NCBI RefSeq assembly: GCF_009914755.1
Contig: NC_060926.1
DNA: 64,000 bases
Origin: the human T2T-CHM13v2.0 reference genome, Homo sapiens
Direction: 5' to 3' (one strand)
Positions 1 to 13,391 of this stretch are shown piece after piece. Under the pieces are notes generated by a model, which was given only the letters and a program-made list of their open reading frames with translations, had not been told where the DNA came from and did not search any database. The translations under genes and the position numbers were made by a program. Every line of letters starts with the position of its first letter. The first letter of the stretch is position 1.

Positions 1-779
1 TTCCAAACCAGAACACTGTTAATACAGTAACCATGACAAGAGCATGGTTGTGAGGAGCACATGAGGAGAGCAGGACGTGAGGCTGCACTAACTCCAAGCC
101 ACTGGGAGCACATTATAGTTACTCATTTACACCACCAAGAATGCAGCCAAGCTCCTTCCGCTGCCACAGCACATTCCAGGCCCACAGGGAGGGACCTTGT
201 TGCCTACCACACCTGGTGCAGGGAGGCACTGCAGAGACTGCCAGAGGCCACCATCATGATACACTCATCTCTATGTTGTACCACACTTATTCCCAACTTT
301 AAAAGTTTTTGTAATCAACATTTGATCCCCTTCTGTGCATAGAGTCCTATGGTTAGTGTGGGGGGCGGGGAACAAGGGAACACAAGGATGACCCGGGATA
401 GACACAAAGACAATCCACTTTGGCCCTGGCGGGTTTAAAATGCGTGGTCTTGCCTGTCCTCAAACACACGTGAAGTAGCCTGTGCTGCAGCTCAGTGTGA
501 ATGGCTCATAACAGGGCAGGGGAATGAGGCTAAGTCCTGTGGCCAAGACAAGCTTGGTCTCAACTACCTACTCCCTGCTCCAGCACACACTGGTAGGGGC
601 CCAGTGTGACTGCCATGGCCCCCAGCAGACAAAGGCCACATCAGAGGAACAGCAGGACCCTCTTCTCAGCCCTGTATAGCCTCATTTGTTCCTTCCCCAC
701 GGCAGCAGCCTTTCTCTGGATACCATACTCAACACGTTCAGCCCCGGGCCTCTCTGTGGGGCATCAGTGCCACATGGGA

Positions 780-794
780 GCACTAGAGGGCGCC
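780..794 (+). promoter_or_regulatory. Candidate CTCF site in intron 3
   Basis: GCACTAGAGGGCGCC vs core consensus CCASYAGRKGGCRS (one mismatch). Confidence 0.55.
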
Positions 795-3023
795 GCTGTT
801 CTTCCTAGTGAGGAACATCCCACAATCTGCAATGGTAGCCCCAAGGCAGAGGCCCCCATTCTCTGGACCTGGGGACAGGCTCCCCAGGCCCCAGCTGGAG
901 ATCCTGCAGCTACATTCAGTCACTCCAGTTCTGGGTCTAACCCACAGCTTCCTGCCATGAGGCAGCCCACCTCTCCTTCTCTCCTCAGAGGCCCTAAGCA
1001 AGCCCTCTGGGGAAGCGCCAACAGTCCTTTCTTCCAGGCCAGCCTTCCCCTCCCTGCAAGGCACACAAGGCCAGGATGCTGCTGATTGAGCTCAAAGGCC
1101 AGGTGTCACATCTGTCCAGGCCAGGCCATCTTACCCAAAGCACAGCCCCTCCCACCCCATCTGCATGCACGGCCACAGAGCCTGGCCCTGCAGCCGCCAC
1201 CTGCAAATAGGCCCCATCTTGGGAGGGATGCTGAGTGCCCTCCATCCTGCTAAAGACAAGGCTCAGAATTCAAGTGACAGCAGGACAGAAACCTCAGCTT
1301 CCTTATGGCCATCAGTGACCCAAATCCTCCAGATTCCAAGAGGCCATTAGGAGATATGGGGAAGCAGGAGAAAGAGGATGGAGACTGTAAGTGCCCCAGG
1401 CCAGTGACAACCCCACAGACTCACAGCCTGTGGGAGTCCAAGCCCAAAGCCTGGGCAGGACTCACCTACAAATGGCCCCAGCATTCACCTTGCCCCAGAA
1501 AAGGCCCAGAGACACCGTACGCACAACCACACTGAGCCTGTGCTCTGTGCCCCTTTCAATCCAGGCCCTCAGCTCCTCCCAGCAAATGCCCTGTCCAGAT
1601 CTCCTGCTACCTCCCTCTACCCTACCACCTCCAAATACCTCTGGCTGGCTGTCACAGGGACACCAGGCTCAGCCTGGCATCTGGGAAAGGCCTGTCCCCT
1701 TCTTCCCAATCTTCCCCTAGGCCGCAGATGGCCAGCAGCTCACCTGAGCTCTGGTGAGTAGGGGCGGGGCAGTAGGGACAGGAGCTGCCATACCAAGCAA
1801 GGGAGGCAAGGGGTGGCATGCCCCTGAAACTGATCCACCCCCCCATACCCCTATCTATGAGGGTCTAACAGGGATTGTCAGCTGACCATGGCCCAAACCT
1901 AGAAAGGCCTGCATGTCTCTCTCCACTCCTCTCAACAGACTCAGAGTGCCACAGGGAAACAAAAAGCCAGGACTACAAGATTCCTCTCCCCTCTGGGCAA
2001 CAGGTTTAGGGTCCTTCCTCTGCCCTATCTTTTGCCCCCTTGTTACTGTGCTTGTCCTCTAAACCTGTCCAAGCAGCCATGGAGCGGGAAGGGCAGGCTT
2101 GTTGAGAGAAACAGTGCTCTCACCACACTGGCCAGGGCTGCCACAGATGCTGCCTATGAGGGCTGGCCCCAGGCCCTTGGGAAGGTGCGACACACACTTC
2201 TGTGACCTGTACCTGGAGCCCCTCTCTGGACCCTGCTATACAATTCTGCAGCCTCTCCTGGCTCAGAATTAGGAGGAAGCAAATGGTAGGCATCAGGGTC
2301 TCTGCCCAGGGCCTGAAATGGGGGACTCAGTATATTCAAAACAAAACAGCTGCCACCAGCACTTCCCACGGTGCCATACCTCAAGACCAAGAGACATCAG
2401 AGAGGGCCAGAGCTCCCAGGGTCTCCAAGGACAGAGATGGGTTACAGATTTCATGGGAGCTGCCCACAGCCTCTTGCCTGGGGAAGCAACTGGCAGGTGA
2501 ATGGACGGGGGAAGGAGTGGTGGCTTCAGTTATTTGACTCCCGTCTCCCAGAGGGAAGTGATCACAGAGACAGCTGGGGAGAAGTCCTCTAGCTCCAGAG
2601 AGGGGAAGGGAAGTCTGAGAGTGCGGTCTCCAGTCCTCATCTCTCTACCAAGGCTTCCTTACCTTGAGGCCAGAGGGCAAGAGGTGGAGGTCAGGAAGCA
2701 AAGAATTCACACAAATGGACTTTCCTGCTTCCCTCCAGCTCAGGGGGTGGGCATGCCAACTCATGCAGCAAGGCCTAGGGCTGAGAAGTCGGACCCCTCA
2801 ATCCATAGGACTCTCAGAGCACTATGCCCTCGTAACTCACCTGTGTCCGTGAGCACAGAACGAACCTTGGCTTAGGGAGACACCCCACTAAACCATGCAA
2901 AGCCAGAGCCCCAGCAGCCTGCCTGAGGTCCATATCTACTCCTTCCTCCCTGCCCCAGGGTCCAGGCAGCACACACCCCAGCATCCTCCCCAAGGAGCAA
3001 AGTTGGTCTTGCCAACGACTTAC

Positions 3024-3723
3024 CTGGGTTTCTGAGTCGGGTCCTTGGCTTCTCTCAAGCCAAACCAGCTACTCTTGGCCTTTTCCTCCCCACTGGATGA
3101 GTGATGTGGGGAGGCCCCCAGGATGGGACCCCCCTTTTCCCCCAGAGAGCTTCGGCGACCCAACTCGCTCCGACTTAGGCCTTGGTGGTGGTGGTGGAAG
3201 AGACCCATCCGGGGCTTGCGTTCCTCCTTCCGGGCTCCCTCCTTCTCTGCCACAGCCTCAGAGGAGGCCACTATGGGTGTGGCAACCTGGACTGGCTTGC
3301 CCTCTGGTAGCCGGGCCCCCTCCTCCTCTCCAGGGTGGCTGGCCCCAGGGGCCAGGACTTTAGCCTGAGCACTCAGCTCCTCCTGTCCAAGCACTGCCTC
3401 TGAGCTGCTGTTGCTACGACTGCCTCTGGGCCAGGTGTCATCTGTGGAACGAGGCCCCTCCTCGGAGAACCGGGAAGAGACAGCTTGCAAGGAGCCAGAG
3501 GATGGAAGCGAGCCCGAGATGGAGCTGCGGTGCCGCACAGGGCCCTGGGGCTCCTCATTGTAAATGTGGCTCCCATTGACACAGAGCGAAGAGCGGGAGG
3601 CAGCATCCAGGTGGCCCTGAAGGTCCAGAAGGGCCCGAGGAGGAGCCACTCGCATCTGGTTGGCCTCATCGCTGTAGGTCCTCTTATGGGTGAACAGCTT
3701 GGGGGACTGTGCAGAGTCCCTGC
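3024..3723 (-). CDS. RAB11FIP5: RAB11FIP5 coding exon 3 (700 nt; Ser-rich linker)
   Basis: Acceptor cccctgcag|GC at 3724, phase-compatible with exon 2 (G+GC). Reads GRDSAQSPKLFTHKRTYSDEANQMRVAPP...SSWFGLREAKDPTQKP. Donor AG|GTAAGT at 3023. The gene continues beyond position 1. Confidence 0.96.
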
Positions 3724-3852
3724 CTGCAGGGGAAACACACAGAGTTAGCTCGCAGGAAGAGAGGCCCCATTTCCTGGCCCCAGGCCTTCATCACCACCCA
3801 AGGGGAGAGCCAGTGCCCCCCTCCCCAGGGCGGCGGCCCTGTGCTTGCTCAC

Positions 3853-4289
3853 CCCCTTCAGTGGACAGCCAGCTGCTACGGCTTGGTGAGCGGGTGAGGA
3901 GTTCGGCGCCAGGTCCCTGGTAGGCCAAGCTCCCGCTGGCTGAGGACAGGGTGCTGTCCGAGCCCAGCGAGGTGTTGGACTGGGTCAGGGACGACTTGCG
4001 CAGCTTGTTGCGGAGGAAGAAGCCTTTGGCTTTGCCCATCTTGCCCAGGCTGCCCAGGTCAGGATCCTCTATGGCGCTGCTTGGGAGGATGGCAGAGGCA
4101 GATTCCAGATCATACTTCTTCTTGCCCTTCATCTTGTCCCTGATCTTGCTGAAGGGAGACCTTGGCTTGTCCTTCATGGACAGGTCAAACATACTGGCGC
4201 TCAGGTTGTTGCGCGTGAACTGGATGGTGACTTCAATCTCGCCGCGTTCCTTCTCCTTCTTGCCTGGCTTGGAGTGCAGCTTGTACCAC
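3853..4289 (-). CDS. RAB11FIP5: RAB11FIP5 coding exon 2 (437 nt)
   Basis: Acceptor tctcacag|G at 4290. CA+G completes Gln144, then WYKLHSKPGKKEKERGEIEVTIQF.... Counting gives S188 in PRSP and T276 before RSPS, matching the reported ERK and GSK3 sites of FIP5. Donor G|GTGAGC at 3852. Confidence 0.97.
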
Positions 4290-4853
4290 CTGTGAGAAGA
4301 GGGGAGCAGGCAGAACTCAGTCACGGGCCCAGGGAGCCTGGCTCCCGCCCGGTACCAGGCACTGCCCAGACCCCTCCTTGCTCTGAGAGCCACTGATAGC
4401 CTCTCCCCAAAGGCTCCTGCTCTGACCCATCGGCCTGGGCTTCCAGGCTTCAGATGCAGCTGAGAAACTATCCAAAACATTTCCATGATGGAGAAAACCA
4501 CATCCTGAGTGGGGAAGCTCCTCGGGTGCCACCAGGTAGGGCGGCGGTTACCACACCATGCCTCCTCCCACCCCAGGACCTTCTCCTGGTGCTCAGAGAC
4601 CTCTCCTCTGCCCCATCTCCCCTACATCTGAAACTCTGAGGCCCAGAGGGGTGAGGCTGGGCCTGGGAGAGCCCTCCCATCTCCAGGCCCCAGCACAGAC
4701 AGACCTACCCACATTTCTCCCTGTTGACATCATCTCCTCTGGCCAGTCCCAGCCAAAGCTCTGCTCCCAGCCACCGTGAGCCCAGGAAAGAACAGCTCAC
4801 CCAGAGGCCCAGGGCCAGGAACACAGGAATGCTAGTGCATACACTCATGTATG

Positions 4854-4855
<2 letters not shown>

Positions 4856-4888
<33 letters not shown>
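4856..4888. repeat. (CA)n microsatellite
   Basis: Direct CA run. Confidence 0.95.
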
Positions 4889-4890
<2 letters not shown>

Positions 4891-5299
4891 CACTCACACA
4901 CTGACTCACCCCAAGCCCTGTCAGGAATACCTCTACAAGATGCAGGAACAGACAAGAATGGCAGAAAGAGACCCAGGAAAGACGAAGAGCGCTCATATCT
5001 GTTGAGCATCTATGGTGCATTACGACCAGCATGAGGGTTCTTACCTCACTCCCGCACATACCTCCCAAAAAGCATATGAGGTAAGAGGTACTACCCCATT
5101 GTACAGATCAGGAGGGTGAGGCTCAGTGGTAAAGGAACCCATCCGTGGAGACTCAGAGCCAGGTGTCCAGCCCTCCAAAGCTTAAGTTCTTCCCGGTGCA
5201 CACCCACTGTGCCCAGAGAGACACAGAGACAGCCCCCAACACACATGGCCACCACACAGGGTGGCTGGGGCCCGCCCTACTGGGGAGAGATGTTCTTAT

Positions 5300-6050
5300 G
5301 CAGGGGTTGGCAGTTTCTTAGAGAACTAAGCAAACTCCGATCACACAAGGAGCAATCACACTTCTTGGTACTTTGCCTACTGAGGTAAAGACTTATGTCC
5401 AAAGAAACACCCTGCACACAAATGTTTATAGCAGCTCTGTTCATGATTGCCAAAACTTGGAAGCTGCCAAGGTGTCCTCCAGTAGGTGAAAAGATAAGCA
5501 AACTGTGGTACATCCAGACAATGGAATACTACTTAATGATAAAAATAAATAGGCTATCAAGCCATGAACAGACACGGATGGATCTTACATACATAAGTGA
5601 AAGAAGACAATCTGAAAAGGCTTCATGCTTGCACGACAAAACTATTTGACATTCTGCAAAAGGCAAAACTATGGAGACAGTGAAAAGATCAGTGGTTGCT
5701 GGGGGATTGAAGAGAGGACAGAGCGATGAATAGGCAGAGCACAGGGACTTCTCAGGAGAGAAAAACTATCCTGCATGCTACCGTAATGGTGGACATGCAT
5801 TGTTATACACCCACAGAATGCACAAAACAGCAAGTGAACCCTAACATAATGTATAGACTCTAGTTAACAATGACGTGTTGATATTGGCTCTCAAATACAA
5901 CAAACATGCCACACTAATGCAAGATGTTAACAGAAGAAATGGCGGTGGGGGCGTGGGTGGAGTAGATGGGAACTCTCTATACTTTTCACTCGTTTTTCTG
6001 TAAACTTAAAACTGCTCTGAAAAATAGACTTTATTAACTAAAAAAAAGAG
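5300..6050 (+). mobile_element. Old L1M (L1MC/MD-like) 3' end
   Basis: Degenerate ORF2 C-terminus (CTQMFIAALFMIAKTWK...KLWYIQTMEYY), then L1M 3' UTR and an A-rich end. Confidence 0.8.
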
Positions 6051-6414
6051 AGCAGGGAACACAAAAAGGAAGAAACTATGAAGGAAATCATACAAGAATG
6101 TTTTTCTGAACTGAAGAACATGAATGCTAGAACAGTCCTACAAGTATGCAGCGCAATGAACTAAGACAGACACATGCCAACAGATATGACTATGAGGCTT
6201 AGAACACCAGGCATGAAAGGATTCGAACAGCACTGGAGTCTTCCTTAGCAACACTGGGCACCACATGAAGGAATGTCTTCACATTTCTGAGGGAAAAGCC
6301 TTCCACTAGCCTGGAATTCCAGACCCAGCCAATCGAGCATGAAGGTGGAATAAAGCCCGGTGGTAGTGGTCAGGCTGGTCACTAAAGGGCTCAAAGTCCC
6401 TTGGTGACTGCACA

Positions 6415-6420
6415 GCACAC

Positions 6421-6451
<31 letters not shown>
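6415..6451. repeat. Imperfect (CA)n microsatellite
   Basis: CA run with interruptions. Confidence 0.9.
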
Positions 6452-8810
6452 GAGCTACCCAAGCCGCAGTCAGTGATGCAGGATCCACCTCCCGCCTGAG
6501 CTCTGCCCCCAACAATGCCAGCTCCCTGAGCTTCTGGTGGACACAGAGTGGGGTGTGGGGAGCCTTTGTATGAAAAGTCCCTATACATCCAAAGATCCAG
6601 AATTAAGTCACAGCAAAAGCTTGGTGGTAGTGGTGGTAGTATTTTGATTATTTTTTAATGTTGAAGTTTTTTTAAAAAGGCTTCCTGGGGCACCTCTGAC
6701 TCTTCTACATCCCTATAGAAGAGCCCATCATGACGAAATCCTGGTGGGCTATGGCCCGTCCCCTCCGTGGAGACCTACTCCGCAGCCTGAGCGGCCTGAG
6801 CCTAGACTTTGGTTTTCCCTCCCAAACCTGAGAGACAATCCCCTGAGAAGGCCGGGTAGGAACAGATGGTGCCACAGGCAGGGCGGACAGAGAAAATGCC
6901 CGAGCGGGTGCCTCTCTCATAAGGCACGGGCAGAAGTGAGGGGAGGAGAGGCTAATTGAGACAGACAGACTGGAGGATGTATGTGAGGGTGTCTGTGGGG
7001 CAGGAGAGGAAGTTTGACAGAAAGACCAGCCAGCAGCATCAACAGCCTCACACCTCTACGTTCTCAGCCCAGTGACCACCGTGGGCCTGACCCTTTACCT
7101 ATTTAGAGGCCAAGCCCTAGTCACTTTCCCTAAATCTGGGCTAGGCCCTATCTAGCACAGGAAAGTCCTGGGAGGTAGGGCAAAAGAGAAGGGTATGGAC
7201 TCCAGCCCCAAACCGCCCAAGCCCTGAGTAACTAGGATCAGCAAGCACAGCCAGCCTTTGCTGGGGCAGACAGGTCAGGGGCCCTCAGCCCCAGCTACTC
7301 ACACTGCACACACCACAGCGGTAATGCAATTACCTGAGGGGACCGGGGCCCTGTGGTGAGATTGCAGGGAACTAGCACTTCCTACATTGTCTATTTTTGT
7401 CCTATTTGAATGTTTTATAAGGAGCATATATTACTGTGGTAATAGGAAAAAGAGACAAGGGAAAGCTCTTGCTCCTATCTCATCTCAGCTTCCTGAGCCA
7501 CAAAATGGGCCGTGCTCCTCTGCCTCCCAGCCCTCAGAGGAAGGCGGGAGGCCGAGTTTCAGGTCCTTTGCCACAAGGACCTTTTGGGCCTCTCTCCCCT
7601 ATAAGGTCACTTCCCCTTCTCCTGTTCTGCCCAGCCCTCCCCCACAGGGAATTTGGGTTTCTCCCTGGACTTGTTTTTCAAGGAAGCACGGAAGGAAAAA
7701 GAAAAAGCTTCCCTGAATATTTTTTAGGCTCTCCCATCCAGAGCACAGTGAAATGGAGAATGGCCAGGACCTACCTCTGGACCCCAGCTGCCATCACTCG
7801 TCCACCTCCCTTCCAGCCCCACCTCCCTCTGCAACCCAGTCAAGGGCAGGACTGAATGGGATACTGCCTGGCACCTTGGCCACCCTGGGCACCCCAGGGA
7901 CTCAACCAGAGCAGACCTTCTCCCAGAAGTATGGCCTACATGAGCTGAGATGGCCACATCCTCCCCCTCCCTAGAGGTGCTACTTCCCTGTGCCTGGACC
8001 AGACAGCCCCACAGACCTGTCGGGCACCATGGAGGTCCACTGGAGAATGGAAAACTATGAACACTGTCGAGGGGGGCTGAGGAATCCGCAATGAAAACAA
8101 ATGGAGGCTTTCTTTTCACAGAGCCCCACACGCAGCAGAGCAAATGGGCTCTGAGCACCTCATCCCTAGAGACTGAAGCCCCCACGGGGAATATGACAGC
8201 AGGGTCCTATGACCTAGTTCAAGTCCCACTCCTCTGGGAAGCTCCCTCAGCTGCCACCATCCTGCTGGCCTGGCCCAGTCCCTCCTCTTTCTGACCAGGC
8301 ATACACACTCTGAACCAAACTCACTCTACAGCCAGATCTGGCAGCACCGTGCCCCAGGACCCCCTGGTGTTGTCATGTCCTGGGCACCCAAGGTCTCCCT
8401 TGCTGGACTGTGTTTCTTGTGGATATTGACTGAGTATCCCCTGGGGCACACAGCTCCAAAGTAAAGAAATCATGCATGCACAGTCTGGAGCTGTTACAAC
8501 CCTGCAGGGCCCTCTCTCAGCTCTCATCTGGATGCGCCTGACAGCAGGGCATGGTGGTGAGTGCTGGGTCCCCCACTGACCAGGTCACCTCCCTCAGCCT
8601 CCGCTTCCTTGGCCCTCAGGTGGGGACAACCATCCTCTTGGCTGTTGGGAGGCTAAGGCACGCCAAGCCTGGTTGGCAAAACCAGCTTATCCTCTCACTC
8701 TCTCCCACGACCGTGAGCTCTTAGGACTCCTGCTCTTGAATCCCTGACGCCGATCGCTCTGCCTAGCCTTCAAGGGAACGTGCCAGATCCTTTAATAAAT
8801 ATTCAACCTC

Positions 8811-9117
8811 GGACGCGCATGGTGGCTCATGCCTGCAATCCCAGCACTTTGGGAGGCCAAGGCGGGCAGATCACTTGAGGCCAGGAGTTTGAGACCTGCC
8901 TGGCCAACATGGCGAAACCCCGTGTCTACTAAAAATACAATAATTAGCTGGGTGTGGTGGCACACGTTTGTAATCTGAGCTGCTCGGGAAGCTGAGGCAT
9001 GAGAATCACTTGAACCTGGGAAGCGGAAGTTGCAGTGAGCCAAGATTATATCACTGCACTCCAGCCTGGGCAACAGAGTGAGACTTTGTCTCAAAAAAAA
9101 AAAAAAAAAAAAAAAAA
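8811..9117 (+). mobile_element. Alu (AluS-like)
   Basis: Dimeric Alu with poly(A); caacctc repeated on both flanks. Confidence 0.93.
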
Positions 9118-10324
9118 TCCAACCTCAACTTCCCAAGTCTGGCTGTGCAAGAGATAGGCCCTGGTCTCCAGTTTTGGAGATTCTGCTACTGTTCCTTCCT
9201 CCCTACCTGATCAAGGTTTTTTCTCCCTCTCTGTGCCCTTCACCAGGCCTAGCTGACTGGGGCACTGGGCTTAGGAACTCCAAAGCCCAAGCTGAGGCCT
9301 GACCTGTCACTTTCATCCAGGGCAGAGACATGGCCAAAATCAATCAGGGTGTGACCAAGGCCCCAACATTCATCTAGACAATGGCTCACAAGACAGCTCT
9401 CATTTTCACAGCTCCACAGCTGTAGCACCCAAACCTGCTATGCATCGGTGCAGGATTTATATACAGATATAAATCCACCCAAGACGCCACCCAGACTTAC
9501 TGAACTAGAAGGTCCCGGCCTGGTTATCTATATTTCTCAGTGGGTTTGGGGGTGGGGCCCCACAGGTGAGTGAATTCACCCAGACCCCATGTGGGAACCA
9601 CAAGGATGGTCCCTAACGCTTTACATCACTTTAAGGTCAGCGGCCACCTGGGCTCTCCACCTGGGCTTGTCCTTAAGGACACTCAATCGGTACCCAGGAG
9701 AAACCTGTGTCTTTCTCCTGCCCAGTAAGGCTTGCCTTCCCAAGTCCCGAGGACACGCTGCTTCTGAGAGGACTGACCCTAGAAATACTCATCCCTCCCC
9801 CAGGAGGGGGTAAGTTACCAAAGGAACACACTGGGGAGGAGCAGGCAGCATTAAGCACTTTCTAGAAATTAAGAGTGTTAAGATGAATTAGGCCTCCTAG
9901 ATCAGAAACCACTGGAGAAACAACACTCTCACCAAACCAGGAGGAAGGACAGTGATTCTGCCCCCATACAATTCCCCTGACACCCACCTGGTGCTCAGAG
10001 TCCGGGCTGCCTGCAGCACATATATCACTAACTGGCACATCCTTCACTGCAGGAACTAAGCTGCTCCACCTGCAAAGCACCCACCTTGACTTCATCTCTC
10101 TGTCAGGGGCACCATCTGGGGCACTTGAACTCTCCAAGGCCCAGCCAGCACATGCTCAGGACACAAGGGTTTTGATGAAGATGGTGATTATCTGGGACTT
10201 GTCCCAGGTGCCTCTGCAGCCAGGACATGATGGACACAGTAAGAAAAGGCACAGTAAGAGAAAATTCCTTGCACCTGAAGAGGCACACGCAGCTACTGAT
10301 GCTGCTCTTCAGAAGACACACATC

Positions 10325-10470
10325 AGTGCTTCTCAAACTGCAAAGTGCAAAAAAAAATCACTGGATCTTGTTAAAATGTGTATTCTGATACCCAAAGTGT
10401 AGGTGGACCTGAGAGAGCTCCCAGCTACCCATGCTGCTGCTGGCCCAGAGGCCACACCTGAGCAGAGGGC
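10325..10470. mobile_element. MER5A-like hAT-Charlie MITE
   Basis: cagtgcttctcaaact...ttgttaaaatg...gctgctggcccagaggccacac resembles MER5A. Confidence 0.6.
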
Positions 10471-11399
10471 TGCACATGAGGGGGCTAGAGAATGGCCAGA
10501 GCTGACCCTGCTGAGGGCTCACTGTGTGCCTGGCTCTGCAGCTCTTTTATTATCCATGCAACCAGCCCAGGAGATGGGAGGCCCATTTTACAGATGAGGA
10601 AACTAAGTTGTGGAGATGGTTTGTAAGTTGCCCAGGGCCACACAGCTAGTAAGTAATGGAGCTGGAACTTGAACATGAAAATGCCAGCCTCCAAGCCCAT
10701 GTCCTTAACCTTTAAGGTTTAGCAACTTTCAGAAAAGCAGAATGCATATACTCCTGCCCTGAGTACCCTGAGAAGACAGAGGCCAGTAAAGGCCTGGCTA
10801 CACATCACAGACCCTGAAGACCAGACCCCCTTTCAAAAGGTTGGCACAATCCCAGAGCACAGAGCCCTGAGATGCCACTGAGGGGACCTCAGGGTTTTGT
10901 CCTGTCCTTAGCCCCTCAAAACCTTGTCCGAGAGCAGCCCAGCCTCCCTCAGAAGCCATCAGGGTCCAGAATTCCTGAGAGGCTGGGACCACAAGGAAGC
11001 TCTTACAGGGCCCCCTGCTAAGCTAGAACACCTCTCCCAAGCTCTCTCTGCCTGACAAAGTTCACCAGGCCCCGTGTGGACTTGGGTCTCGGCCCTCAGC
11101 CTCCCCCCACCCACCACCAAAGCAGAGGACAAAGTGGATGGAAGGGGTGGAGAGGAGCAAGTCTGCTCACCTGTCACCAAGATTACAGCCCTAGTTACTC
11201 CTGCTGGTGGGGTCCCCAGGCCCTCATAACCAGCTCTCCACCTAGTTCTCAGAAAATGAAGCTGGGCTAACCAATGCCATCCAGCATAACTGGGGAGGTC
11301 CTGCACTCAGGGGAGAGCTGACCTGGGGCAGCTGTCACACATACCCATGCAAGTGCCAGGGAACTCCAGTCAGAGACAGACAGGGGTGTGGGGGCTATG

Positions 11400-12530
11400 G
11401 GTAGCTGCAGCAGCAGGCCTGGACACATCTAACTCACCCCCAATTCTTATCAGTCTAAAATTCAGACCCAAATAACAATGCCCCTTTCTGAGCCCCCACT
11501 CATCATTTATTCCAGACTCCAAACAACCTAGAAACCAGATTTGTCTCTTCTTTTCCCTCACTCCCTACATCTAAACTTCAAACTCTGTGAACTCTACCTG
11601 CAATTATCTCCAGAACTCACTCTCTCACCACTGTCACCCCATAGTCCCATCCACCACCACCTCCCTGATGGACATTAGATTTCCCTGTTTACCTGACGTC
11701 CACATTCCACCCAGCAAAGACGTGAAGTGGGAGCTCAGCACGCCCCGCTCTCCCTCACTCAGCACCTTTTGGGGCTTGGCTCCTCTGCATCTCTCATTCC
11801 ACTTGGGCCACAGTGATTCTCCTGGTGTCCCTGAACCCATCAGGTGTGTTCCCACCTCAAGGCCACTATACGTGCTGCTCTCTCTGCCTGAGACACAGGC
11901 CAGACCTTCTGGCCATGGTTCACTCACTCATTCGAGTTAGGGCTCTGTTCATCCAAGCCTCCTCAGTCTTCCCTGAGTACCCCAACTGCAACCACCCCTC
12001 ACCCTCTTTATGTTTTTATTTTATTTTGAGATGGGGTTTCACTCTTGTTGCCCAGGCTGGAGCGCAATGGCTCGATCTCAGCTCACTGCAACCTCCACCC
12101 CCAGGTCCAAGCGATTCTCCTGCCTCAGCCACCTGAGTAGCTGGGATTACAGGCATGTGCCACCCCGCCTGGCTAATTTTGTATTTTTAGTAGAGACGGG
12201 GTTTTTCCATGTTGGTCACACTGGTCTCGAATTCCCGACCTCAGGTGATCCACCCGCCTCGGCCTCCCAAAGTGCTGAGATTACAGGCGTGAGCCACCAC
12301 GCCCGGCCCCCCTCACCCTCTTTCATCATCATACTGATCACAAGCTGGCACTGGTGTGTGCACACGCATGTGTCCCCATGTGCACATCAACATGACAAAA
12401 TGCTGCACATGTTCAAGGCTTGTTAGCATCTGTCTTCCCTTGCTCAACAGTCAAGTGCATTATTCTGTTCATCTCTGTACCCCCAACACTTAACAGTGGA
12501 CACTCAAATATTTGCTCAATGAGCCAACAA
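11400..12530. mobile_element. L2 fragment interrupted by an Alu
   Basis: Degenerate L2 3' motifs ending ...ggacactcaaatatttgctcaatg. Confidence 0.5.
12007..12308 (-). mobile_element. Alu (AluSp/Sq-like)
   Basis: Antisense Alu with TSD ccctcaccctcttt on both sides. Confidence 0.93.
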
Positions 12531-13180
12531 ATTATTCTGTGACTAACGTGGGCCCCCTTCACAACTGCTCTATGGTTTTCTACTGCTACAAACCCATGGG
12601 TCTTACTTGTGAGAGCTGGAGCTCCCAAAGAGCAAAGAGGATCCCCACCCCACCTGCCAAACAGGAGCCTTTGGAGGGCAGGAGCCAGAGATGTCAGGCT
12701 TAAAGGGAGGTTTCCAGAATGAGACCTTCTTTAATTGTGAGACACTTCCTCAGCCCCCAACTGAACTAAGAATCTCACTAACTTCCCTGGGAGAGAAGAT
12801 GCCCAACCAGATGTGGGACGCATCCAGCTTTGTGAACAGAGGAGTCACTGTTGACCCAACTCCAGCCCATCTCTTGGCCCAAAAAGGCCACTGATCTTAT
12901 CCCCATTACCAACTACAATCACTCAGTTAGCACCTACTGTGTGCTGGCACAATACTAAGCACTGAACACATGGAATTACATCTTACTCAATCCTCTTAAC
13001 AACCCTGTGAGGTTGATATGGGAGGCAGACTCTGGAAGTGGCTAAGAGCATGGACTTCGGTGCCAGGCTGCCTGGTTAAGCCCCAGCCCACCACGTGCTG
13101 GCTGTGTGACCTCATATCTATGCCTGTTTCCTCACCTATCTATAAAATGATGGTAGCAGCCTACCCTCTCCTCACAAGAC

Positions 13181-13391
13181 AACAGGCTGAGTTACCCAAC
13201 CCAAAAATCTGAAATCTGAAATGCTCCAAAACTTTCTGAGCACCAATATGATGCTCAAAAGAAATGGTCACTGGAGCATTTTGGATTTTTATATCAGGGA
13301 TGCTCAACTGGCCAGATAATACAAATATTCCAAAATCCAAACTCCAAAACACTTCCGTCCCAAGCATTTGGAATACGGGATCTTCAACTTG
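13181..13391 (-). mobile_element. Tigger4a (MER46A) MITE inside a MIR
   Basis: caggctgagt...gatcttcaacttg ends; internal aaatgctcc / ggagcattt inverted motifs; MIR-like sequence on both sides. Confidence 0.75.

Noticed and set aside
606-1085. 159-aa + strand ORF
   Set aside because: GTG start, antisense within intron 3, no family resemblance.
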